From: Styela clava
Lineage: Eukaryota
Length of the DNA: 64,000 nucleotides
Assembly (NCBI RefSeq): GCF_964204865.1
Contig: NC_135263.1
Coordinates: 10,292,001-10,356,000, forward strand
Direction of reading: 5' to 3'
In this document: positions 49,629 through 61,300 of the stretch, piece by piece
How the letters are laid out: each line of letters begins with the position of its first letter
Numbering within the stretch: position 1 is the stretch's first letter
Program-made: the position numbers and the translations under genes
The notes under the pieces: generated by a model
Database searches by the model: none
What the model was told of the DNA's origin: nothing
What the model saw: only the letters and a program-made list of their open reading frames with translations

Positions 49629-50842
49629 CAGGGGTGTCAAACTCGTGAGTCTTCGTGGGCCGCATTGCGTTTTGGGAATTGCGCATAGGGCCACAAACAG
49701 TTTTTTATTTATTTTGATAATGCATACTTTGGGCATATAGGTTTAGTTTGTGACCAATATTGCGATGCAATTGAACAGCTGAGTGAAGTTTTGTTATTTT
49801 CTTAAATTTCGAATGCCATTTACATATTAATTTTTGCATTTTACTATTATTGCAATTTACTTTATTTATTACAAAAAATCATAAATTTTTATGTACAACT
49901 ATCCAAAACATTTTTGAATAAAGTTTTGATAAGGAAAGAATAATACATACAGTAAAATGACTTAATCTAAATATTTAGACCTAGAATTTACAAAAATACT
50001 ACAGAATAAACTCAATGTTTTACATATGTCCTGACGTTTGGCATCTCTTATGTGTCATTCACACACTAATATTAGGCTGAAATGATTTTACAGTACCAAC
50101 TCTAATTAACGAGTTCACATGATCATCGGTTAATCTGTATCGTTGAGAATGTTTGATTAATTTGAGTAATGCAAAAATATTACGTTCATCATTCAATGTA
50201 TAGATCAGTAAACAAACAAATGACTGACTTTTCGGACCAGATATTTATCGCCACATTTCCTACTATTACATGGCATAGGAACACTTGAGTTATGATTAAT
50301 ATTGAGTTTTAGTATCTAGGTAGTTGTATAATTATAATAATCTATAAACACATAAAAATTTTCTGTTCGAAGTTGATTATTAAATTTGTCCTATTGACTG
50401 CTGAGCTTATTCTGATAATGGTTACTTATATAATATTCTTTCATTGTACTGATGGAAATGTGACAAATTAAACAATGTGCTTTAGAATTTTTAGAAATGC
50501 AGAAATATTGCAACCCCAATTTTTCTTCAAAAATGCCACCTTCTTCATGTACTTTGCGTTTCATTTAAGTTTTTTTCAAGTATTCTTCTGTTTTAGATTG
50601 AGGTGTATCCATAATTGGGTCAAATTGAAAACAAAAAATATTTAAATTTTCTAAAACTACTTTCAGTAAATTGTCGTTTTCTGTTTGAATAATCAATTTC
50701 ACTATGAAAAGTTTCAAAAATGTATTACATTTAAATAAAAAAAAAACTTACCAAATATTAATTATTGTTAAGCGTTCGAGGGGCGCATTGAAAGTTCTCT
50801 GGGGCCGCATGCGGCCCGCGGGCCGCAAGTTTGACACCTCTG
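49629..50842 (-). mobile_element. hAT (SPIN/GTF2IRD2-Buster-like) deletion derivative with transposase relic
   Basis: TIRs caggggtgtcaaact and agtttgacacctctg (one mismatch), with gggccgcatgcggcccgcgggccgc subterminal repeats. Minus strand 50178-50020 translates IFALLKLIKHSQRYRLTDDHVNSLIRVGTVKSFQPNISV*MTHKRCQTSGHM*, the hAT transposase C-terminus (RxRLTD.H...LR...P.I...KRCQ.S). Confidence 0.85.
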
Positions 50843-52369
50843 AATGGCCCACTATATATTTAGTCATGTCATATTTCAAATTTCCCATAGCCGCTCTTTA
50901 AATGTCACAGCTAAAGTGCGGGCGACAGACGAAAGTACAGGCTAATTTAGTCACGCACACGACTGCAATATTGCAATGAATCCCTCACATGGTATTGTCG
51001 CGTTATTGTCACGTGTAGTTATGTATTTGTCGTACTGTAATTAAGCAATGCTCATTTGCCACTGCACACAACGCGCCCTAGTATAATTAAGCTAATTTTT
51101 ATCAGATTGGAAACATTGTGGATGGTAATGCAGGATAAAAAGGCTTATTCGTCAGGAAAAAGAAGCCAGTTTATTACTTTTGTACATAGCCCCCACTGGA
51201 AACAAAAATACCACGCCACCGCTCAAAATACGAAATTTCGAAAATTTTTAGATGGCAATACCAAATAAAAAAGGCATTCCATATACGGAGCAAGATGACA
51301 CGTAACAATACGACTCCAATAACCTTGCTCACTTCCCTGTAGATTGAAGCGTAGTGATGCATTAGATTGACTCAGCTCGGTGCAGTTGTGAGATAGAATC
51401 TATCTATAGATGATTAGCGGAATTACCCAAGTGCCGTATAGTTCGGTCGCTGTTTTAGTGAAGTATTCTATTTAAAGTATTCTATATATTAGTAGAGAGT
51501 ATTTACAAGAATGATAAACGATGAGATTGTTATATCGTATAGTAAAAAAAACACAATGTTGGCATCCTTGTTCTACTACAGACATGCAATCGGCATGTTT
51601 TGCCCTTTACCTCTCTGGCGATGCTGCCGAGAAAAATGGCGGAACTCGTGATGCATTGAGTGATCGATTATGTACCTTTTCGCTGGCGGTCTGTTGCAAA
51701 TGCTTTTACGTGACAACGGACGCGCTTTTCGAAGAAGCGATGCCACCTACCGAGAGCGCACTCGGTCTGCCTTTTCGTGACATCGTGATTTACACCGCCG
51801 CAATTCTAAATTCGGACCTGCTTTCGTGGTATTGTGAAACGACTTGGACAGATAGATCCCTATTGATCAGAAGAAAACCGTGAAAATTTGGCAGCTTGTC
51901 GTTAACGAGTATCAAATACGCGCCACAGATCATGCTCACGGCGGTATGCAAGACAATCCGACCGTTCAACTTTTGCTTCGTGATGTATATTGACGTGTAT
52001 ACTTAACAGAAAGGCGAGACGTGTGATGAACGCGCGAAACGGAGATATATTCGGCGCGTTGCGACCAGGAAAAACCGTTCCGGAAATGATGTAGCTTATG
52101 GTAGTGACGAACAGCAGCGAGGCTGGCGGCCGAATTAAACTACAACACAAGTCGCGCAGAGTGTTGCACACATACACGATAAACGGCCGCGCCTTGCACG
52201 TTTTTTTCAGCGAGAAAATATTCTTTAATTTGGGGATTTTGTTGATGAAAATGCATGAAGTTTTTATCTTCATTAATTTCCCATGCATAAAGTTAACAAA
52301 AAGTACCCGCCCTATCTCCCGTTGCCATCCTTTTTGGTTAATATTAATTACACACAACAGATGATACCT

Positions 52370-52708
52370 TCAGTTGAGAGTTCGACCGCCATTTTTACTG
52401 AATGGCGAAATTGTTTTTTGCTTCAAAACAGTTTATATGCTGAAAATGTGATTCCCGCCAAATGGTATTAATCGAAGAAGACCATTTCACTCTTTCATTA
52501 TCGATGTTCTTGACACACGGTTACTCATAAGACCGATACTGAGTATACTGCGATCGTGCTACGAATGTATATTTTAAATATAGCATACATACGCATGCTT
52601 TCGATTGAGGTTTATTCCATACGCCTGCAATTCGATACACATTTCGGATGAAAATGGGTTGTCATACGAACCTAAAAGCCACTATACATACTAATTAACC
52701 ACTTCGAG
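52370..52708 (+). promoter_or_regulatory. Candidate TSS and 5'-UTR exon of the SAMD11-like gene
   Basis: Follows a CpG-rich block (about 51560-52200). It has Inr-like TCAGTT at 52370, YY1-like CCGCCATTTT at 52386 and a donor GAG|GTAAAT at 52708, and there is a strong acceptor (T)n-caatctcag ending at 53345 before the ATG at 53393. Confidence 0.35.
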
Positions 52709-53392
52709 GTAAATTTCTTTAATTGTATAATAAGCACCCTGTATCAATTATTTCATGTTGAACCCAGAGGAAATCTCTTGTAACTTGCTATTTCCATCGG
52801 ACGTATTTGATTAATTGTTTATGGTTGTAATATTTTCACTGTACCTCCGTTAACTCTTTAATATTAATTAGTATGAAATCACGTTGGTACTGACTATGCC
52901 GGCGTTAAATCTCATTTTCAATTCCTGTGTCCACTACCTACGTAATCCCGGTTGTATTGAATTTTACGGACCATTCAAAAACGAAAATATTTCTGTCGCC
53001 AAATGAAACATTGTCTACATATTTTTATGAAACATTGTTAAAAGCAAATTTGGGAAACACTTTCTAAAATGTGATAAGACTCAACCAATCACTTGGCAAA
53101 AAACTCTCATTTATACCCGGAAATCTGACTTGCTTTTAATTTTTTTAAGACAAAATTTCCTCAAAGCAAGGTCACGCGCTCACTCACTCAGAGCGGGAGA
53201 CTGATCTTTAAGTGAAGTTATGAGGTCCAATCACTGACATGGCAACTGCGATTATAAAAAAATTACATCTGTAAATTAGTTAGTGAATACCGTGCATTGG
53301 TTTTGGTCATAATACTAAAATATTTCATTTTTTTTTCAATCTCAGTTAATTTTCATATAAAGTTACTTTAAATTAGTACATATTATGAAAAC

Positions 53393-56300
53393 ATGAGAAC
53401 AAGATCGAACTTATCATCGTCAGAATTCAAACTAGAAGATATTAAGAAGGAGAAGAGCGGTAAATCTTTAAAAAAAGAAACAAAACATACCGAAACTCAA
53501 AACGAAAAACAAAGTATCGAAACTATGTCGCCTGAACATGAATCGGACTCTAATACGATACACGGAAATGATGTTGATAACGGTATAGTCAAGGATAAAT
53601 CGAACAATACCAAAATGGAAACGGAAAAAGGTATAATACGATATATAAGTAGACGTGTAATAAGTCTATAAGTGAACTTTCATATTATGTCATTTATGTG
53701 TAAAGTTTTTATACCAGTCAATGTATACATCTACATAAAAAAATATATATACAATAATCTTCTACCGGTATACGTTGCGTACGGTTCATCTACATACCTT
53801 TTTTCAAATACACAGATGACATTAAGAAAACTGAAAAATATTCAAAACCAGTCGATGAGCTCAAAATTGTTGATGAAAACAATGAGAGCGACAAAGAAAA
53901 ATTGAAGAATTTGAATAACGAAAGAACAATACAAACGGTTCGTGATTCAGATTGGAATGCTCATTTTTATTTGCATTTGGGAAGTTTTCATAGAGAAGAC
54001 TTTTTAATCGAACAATTTCATAATTTCTTACAATCATCGAAGGTTAAAAATCTGTCATATTCACCTGATTTATCCATGACATCCCTACTGATGAGGTTGT
54101 TAGTATCTATATACCCTAACAAAATGCAATTTAATCCTCTATATAGGTTGCCGATGCCCGATAGTATAATTATATCTTTATTATCTGTTTATTAACATTA
54201 AGCGAGTGGCGTAGCATAAAATACTGGATAATAATTCAAGACTTATAGCTTTTGTGCCCAATGTCAGGAAACTTCAGAAACAAGAGAGAAAAAAAGCACT
54301 GATTTACACGAAACAGAAGAGTCAAAATCGACTGGTAAATCGAACAATCTTATGGATTTGTCACCTGGAGCGACGAAATCGACAAACCTGGATGATTCTA
54401 CCAATAAGACGAATGCTCCCGACAACAAATTGTTATCCGAATTTGGGTTTACTGGAGCAATATCACCTTTTCCTCCGACTTCAGCTTCTTTATTTCCTGG
54501 ACATCTACAATCTGAATTTGCGAAATCCCTATCGGCACAGTTTTATAACAGGTTTGACCTCTATATGTTTTGGTGTTGCACGAGTATCAACCATAAAAGT
54601 TACTATAATTTTATTGTGAATAAACCCGAGCTTTTATCAATTAAAATATGCCTATCTTTATTATTTACATCTCCGGCACCAACAAAGATCCCAATCGAGT
54701 GGTTCCCCGGTTGCGCGCCAGAAGAATATTTAAAATACTTCGCGAAATATGAAACTATTTTCTAAAAATCACTTCTCATCTGCCCTCGTTTAAAACTTGT
54801 TACAAAATTATCAACGTCGCGATTTATACTAGACAAAGTAACTCATCACCAAAAAAAAAGAACCCACGTCATTAATCAAGTCTCCCCCCCCCCCTCCCCC
54901 CCAAAAAATAATTAGTTAATACAAGATATTAAAGCGAAAGTATTCTAAAAACACGTTGGAATAGGTGGACGGAACGTAAATATCTAAATAAAGAAATGAA
55001 AATATCGAGAATAAGGCCAGCCAGATCAACTCTAACAAATATATATATTTCGAATTAGCTTCACGCCCCTAAAAAATTGTCCACACCCTCTTTGTGGAGC
55101 GCGGCCCATCGTTTGAGAACAACTGTTTGTGCAAAGCGTTATAGATTACTGAAATTTTTGGGTAACACAAATAAAATTCAAGAGTTATATATATTGTCTT
55201 CATTTATGTAGAAGAGAATAGAGTTGGCATGGCACTCTGTCTCTGTATATTATTCGCGAGTTTGAAAATATTTGGGAATCATTTCTCTAGACACTTATAC
55301 AATGCATTGTGAATCTTTCCTTTTGCGTTGTCTATATCAGTGTTTTTCAACCTTTTTCGAGCCAAGGCACACTTTTTTCAGTGAGAAAATCCCGCGGCAC
55401 ACTACCAGCTGAAAATATGGCGGAAATACCTAATATTCACAATATAAGTGTTATATTGTAAATATAAGATTTTTAACATTGAAGAAAGATGTTGAATTGT
55501 ACATCTCGAATAGTAATCAAATAAAAACAAAGACAAAAAAAATCGCCACCAGATGCTGCCACGGTCTGATATAGAACAGTACCACACGATTACTCTGCCG
55601 GACGCTACACCGCATAGACATACAACTTGGAGAATTTCCCACGGCACCCCTGACAATATTTAACGGCACACCGGTGTGCCGCGGCACCCCGGTTGAAAAA
55701 CACTGGTCTATATATTACAATTACATCCTGGGTGAAGTTGGGTGTTACGAGTTACGACTGTTCTAGAAATGTCTAACCTTTAACGCCAACCATGCTAGAC
55801 GGGATGCTGGGGTCGATATATTTATTACACCCATGCATAGATGTTAGTCACCTAGATTTGGCAATATTCTATAATTTTAACAAGGGAAAATTATGTAATT
55901 TAGCCTTAGCCTACTCGCTTCTCAAGCTATGATGAATGTGAAAGAGGAACCGAAAGACGTGAATACATCGACATCTCATACAAGCTTTGTGCCACCTAAC
56001 ACCAGTCACAAATCGTCAACTAAAGTTACTACATTACAAGTCCCACCTAGGACAGATTCACGCAGTAGTGACGGCAGCACACAGTCATTTGATGAGCGTC
56101 TTGGGTTAGTATTCATATATATATATGTTATATTCGCCATATTGTTGAGTTTGTTTGTTTTTGATAGTTTTTTTTTTATCATAAATAATGTTTTTGAAAT
56201 CTATTCCAATATTAGTACTGTTTAAGTAGTTGTAAATATAAATATCAAATACCTGAACAATTAATATTTATCATTTCTCATGGATGAGCCACGCTAAAAT

Positions 56301-58381
56301 CTCATGTTTCTAACGCACAGGTCGCGTCATCAAGACCCAATTCATCGATCCTACTCCCCAGCGCTATCTGGCGGCGCGTCGGATATTATTCTTCAAAGAC
56401 CTCCATCGGGTCTGTCACCGAAATCTCTCGCTGAACAACTTCGCAACAATGATTCTGCTAGTATGGTTGTGTCAAGGCAACAAAAATATAACAGCCGTAA
56501 CCCAGGTGAATCACAATACTGTAATCGTATATTTACCAATATTTAAAGTTAGAATGGAAAACAAATGACACAAGAATATTACTTACGATACGGGTTGTCT
56601 TACCTATACATTCCGGGGATACCTCTTATATCTAGTTATATTTTTCTATAGGTTACACACGACAGCCTCACTTCCCACCTGCTAGTGAAGGAAGCCCACC
56701 TTCTGCTGGTATGTTTCCTAGTCCAAACCTAGGCGCGTCTGAACCATACACTTCCCTTAGCGGTGGAATCCCAGTTGCTTCAGGCAGTAACCTGTCTTCA
56801 TCGCCAAGTTTGCATCATTTCACCACAAGATACACTATAGAAACACCAGCAGATCCTTCACGACTTGGAGTGGAACTGGTATTGGATCATGATAACGAAG
56901 AACCGGTAATTGAAGTTGAATGTGGAGGCAACCGAGGACTCTTGTACGTCAATAAATTGTGCCAGGGTAGCAAAGGTAAGATCTAGGCCTCTAGGGACAT
57001 ATAGAGATAATCCCCGATAAAAACGCAACACATGAATTTATTAATCACTTCTGCGAAAATCGAGTAACACTTGATTGTACCCAAAAGTTTCAGTAATCTA
57101 CGAGAAAATGCACAAAAGTTATGTTCTCTCCTAGCTAGAATTTGTTCCAAATGACCTGGGTTCTATGTTTTGATTCACCCTGTATAGTTTTTGTTACCGG
57201 ACATTAACAATTGTAGACTTGTAAGACTATACAATAATACCAGAATCAATGGTAAAATAGATGCATTTTTGTCGGTATTTTTTCTATATATATCAGAGAG
57301 TAATTCCGATCCTCTTTTTGAATTATTTACAATTACTGATGTTTCGATATTCTCAAAAGTACCAAAAACATCCTTTTGTAATCATTATTCGATCTTCAGA
57401 TAGTTTCTGTGACCGATAATCTAAAGTTTTGTATCTCCTGACTTATGGTTGCATCTTAAATTGTTTTTATTTTGGCCTATTATATGTATTGAACTATATT
57501 TTACTATCAAGCAGTACATTCTCATATCACAAGTTGTCTAGTGTTAAGGAACCGGAGGGTTATTTAGCACTGTTCCTCTATTTGAGTTGAATTGTTTTAT
57601 AATATGGGACCGTATGGCAGTGAATCCCTACCTTTTTCATACACTTTTTCCTTTGCATATCCTGGATTTATTTATGCGTCAGTATTAGTAATATTACACA
57701 CAAATGCAAAACAAAATCCCTCTCTAAAAACAGTAAAATTCCTCCCTAAGTGAAACGTTTTTATAGGGAATGGTTTTCAACCCAATGAAACATTCTAAAG
57801 GCTCGAGGAATCCTTATTATATGTATATTTTTGATCATAAAATATGTCACAGAACTCTTGTAAAACAGACTTATATTATGAGATTATATTAGGCCCGTGT
57901 ATTGGAGTATATTTATTCAATATACATATAGTAATATGGACTGTCGGATTTGAATATACACTTGCTGAACCCCTGGACCAGTAACCCCTGCGCTTTCGGA
58001 ACTCGGAACCGTGGAGTTTCGCAGAACCTCGGATGAAAACTACTACGATAAGGCCTTGGGCGTTGAACAAGTAATAACCCACATTAAATTACAATGCCGG
58101 TTTTATTTTTCTTTCTTTTATGTCACCCTTAATAAAATCTCACGCCTAAACTCGCTGTTATAACTATTTTTCACTATTCTGCAGGCCAATCTATTCATTT
58201 TGGTGACGAGTGGCTGACACCTAACGAATTCCAATTTATCAGTGGACGTGAGACAGCAAAAGATTGGAAAAGAAGTATTAGACATTGTGGAAAAAGTTTA
58301 AAAACTTTAATGACGAAAGGAATTCTTCAAGTCCATCCACCAGTGTGTGATTGCAATCAATGTAGAGGATTACATGCAGCG
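53393..58381 (+). CDS. SAMD11: SAMD11/SAMD7-like SAND-domain transcriptional regulator, 5' part (gene continues beyond the window)
   Basis: In-phase exons 53393-53630, 53816-53937, 54268-54551, 55904 (or 55910)-56104, 56321-56505, 56652-56975 and 58185-58381. The last two encode EPVIEVECGGNRGLLYVNKLCQGSKGQSIHFGDEWLTPNEFQFISGRETAKDWKRSIRHCGKSLKTLMTKGILQVHPPVCDCNQC, a KDWK SAND domain that closely matches the SAND domain I recall from long-isoform vertebrate SAMD11. The SAM domain is not seen before 64000. Confidence 0.88.
55338..55705. mobile_element. Intact hAT MITE in SAMD11-like intron 3
   Basis: Perfect 15-bp TIRs cagtgtttttcaacc / ggttgaaaaacactg, an exact 8-bp TSD GTCTATAT (55330-55337 and 55706-55713), and repeated cggcac subterminal motifs. 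Confidence 0.92.
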
Positions 58382-61300
58382 GTAAGTTTGCTTACATTTT
58401 TAATTATAAGCAGCAGAACTGAACTTTTTAATTGTTATGGTCTTGGGGTTGGTCGAATTAATAGAATAAAATTGAATCGAGCATAAATTGACCGTGATCA
58501 CGTATATTACCGTATTCTGGATAAATTTTAAGTTTTTTATAGAAGTAACACCTTGTACTATAAACGCATAACAGGCTTAATGATTCAAATCAGCAAAAAT
58601 TCCATCCGATGTTAGGATCTAAAGATTTCGATTTCAGTTAGTTGTTTTATTTTGATAAGAATTTTACCCCTTAGCCGTTAGACTACTGATAATATCACGC
58701 ATTTCCAAACAGGGTAAAATCATGTTACTAATAAATCGCAAGATTGGAAATTTTTAAATATAGTCAAAATATAAAGAAAATAAAATGTTTTAGTTCAAGG
58801 TTTACCAACTGGACAAATTTGCTCCTTAATGGTAAGTCTTGGGGTATTCCACTTTGAGGTAAAAATTAGCATTGATACAAGATTCAACTGTTTATGTAAA
58901 CTCAATGCAATCAACTTTAGACATCTGCATCCACAATTTTTTTTTTCAAAGTTTTTTTTGTTTCTTGAGTCATTATAGGTATTTGTAAAAGTTAAAATAT
59001 AAACATAGGATACAAATTTTGCTTTTACAAATGGCAAGGGGGTAAATGAGAGAATAAAGGTTGAGAATCCCTTGTTTAATTCTATAGCTTTGAATCGTTC
59101 TCCAACGAACCTAAGGGGCAAGAGGTATCACTTCATTTTAAAAGGCATGTAATACAATTTTTTATGAGTATGTTGTTACACAGATGGCTTGTGAAAATAT
59201 TGATTCCAGGTTTTGTTTTTCTAAAGTTTCCGGTAGGCGGATTATGAAGGGTACAAAATGCTTCAGGCGGAAATATAACACACGGTTGCATTTATCTTAC
59301 AACACGAAAATGAATTATCATTCGCAAATGCGTCTTGAGATGAACGATATGAGTTTTATTATTTTCTTTATTGCCTATGGGAAGTATGCTTAGATTCGAC
59401 TGTAGGATACCTTATGTTTATTTATTTATGAAATAGGTGTTAAAATTTAGAATTGATTTTCACTTAGTTAGAAGGAAGTTGTTTTTAGCAGATCTTGTAG
59501 GATTTCTTTTCTTTAATGATATAAACTTTTTATTATAAAGTTTCAGTCTAAGTTACTTTGCAACGCATCAGACGACGGTGCCGTGCCGTTTTAAAATAAC
59601 TGAAAAAACGAACACAAGTAAATGTTTAGTTTACAGATAAATCTGGATAAAACGATACTGGTTTGTTTCAACTGGATCCTGGCGGCGTTCAATCTGTTTC
59701 CGTGCAAGCGATTCTTGCCTCGCGGTCCGTACACTGTGAAGCCTATCGCTTTTCAATGAAATTCCGACAGCTTCCGCTTTGTCAAATTCCCTTTCAGCTT
59801 AGCTGTTTCCGTAATGGTGTTGACTATCGACTATTGTCTTTTCTATAAGTGTGTGTACCTATTACTGTAAGTTGATGACTCATTCATTACCTTGTGCATG
59901 TCGCAGTTTCTCTTGCCTTATTGGCAATATGTGAACAAATATCGTGTTACTAAACTGTTGCCGTGGAAAAATCGCTTCACAGGGCAAATCGATTTCAATT
60001 TTTCAATGCCCGATATTTCACTTCATATTTTTTTTTTTATAACGGGCACACCTCCATATGATATTCTGTACATATCTTTCAACGGACTCAGGGGGGAGTG
60101 GGGGCAATCTATATCTCTCTCAATATAATTATTTTGGGTGTCATTAATTACTTGCCTTCGAACCGAGAATGTTACAGTTCACTCAAGCCTGTATGTTTGT
60201 TTAGAGATGTGTTCGGGGTGAAATTGGCACAATTTTAGCTAAGTTCCAATAATATTCAATCTTCTCTTGGAAAGCACCCATACGACATATATCGGTCACG
60301 ATCTGAAAACCGAGAACAGAACACTGACTGACTCAGACGGACGAATGTGCTACTCGCTCAACCGAAACAATGACTTTAATAATTCAAATCTCGCTATGTC
60401 TTTATGATGTCATCAAATCGCCGTCACGCTTCGTTTGAGTAGGAGTTGATAGAATCGACACCAACGAGTCTGCGCATTCCTTGGGGAAACCAAATATAAT
60501 TTAATCATTGGTTAATTGGAATATACGCTCGAGCTGTTAAAATTTTGATAAAATTAACTTGTTTTAATAAAAATATATATATATATAACAAGTTTGTCCG
60601 GCAACGAATGCTATATCAGTGGCATAGGCTTGATCGCCATGAAATTAGATAATTACAATCGTGTATACTTCAACTCTGATGTTGTTTACATCCATAAAAT
60701 CAGACAATTTTTACACCACCAAGAAGTTATTAATTCAAGATGCACGGCAATTTATACGCATGTCATCTATGGCCATGACAAACTACTGTACTCTATCACC
60801 GGCAAAAAAAAAATTAACTCATAATCAGCGGTTTGTATCTGATTACGCATTCTTATAAATAAATAATATTCTAAAATTCTGAAATAAAAGCAACCATATT
60901 CAGTTTCGAATTTGCAGAAAATCATAGTTAACTTCACGTTTTTTCTAATAGTAAGTATTTGTCAGAATTCCAAATCAAATGAAAAACAAAATTCATTTCT
61001 GCGGCAAGTCGCTATCACACTGGCGACGTTCTGGCCACAATTTTAGGTCTCGGCGCCGGTTATGAAGCCCAGACGAGACCGCTGTTTTGTCAGGCCCCCT
61101 TAAAACAAGCCACGACGGCGCCAATTCGGAAGCAGACGCCGTTTAAAAGGACGGTAATGCTCTCATCGTCGATTCGATAGCTTATGCGGTGTAGGCTAAA
61201 TATGATAACTGGTGGCTTTCTATTTTATGAGGTCAAAATTGCCTCCATAGAATGTATTCTATTGCAGTATTGAATAAATAGTCAGTAATAACGGATACTT

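Noticed and set aside
53393-58381. DEAF1, GMEB or SP100 identity for the SAND gene
   Set aside because: The flanking residues (KLCQGSKG, SGRETAKDWKRSIRH, KGILQVHPP.CDC) are specific to the SAMD11-type SAND domain.
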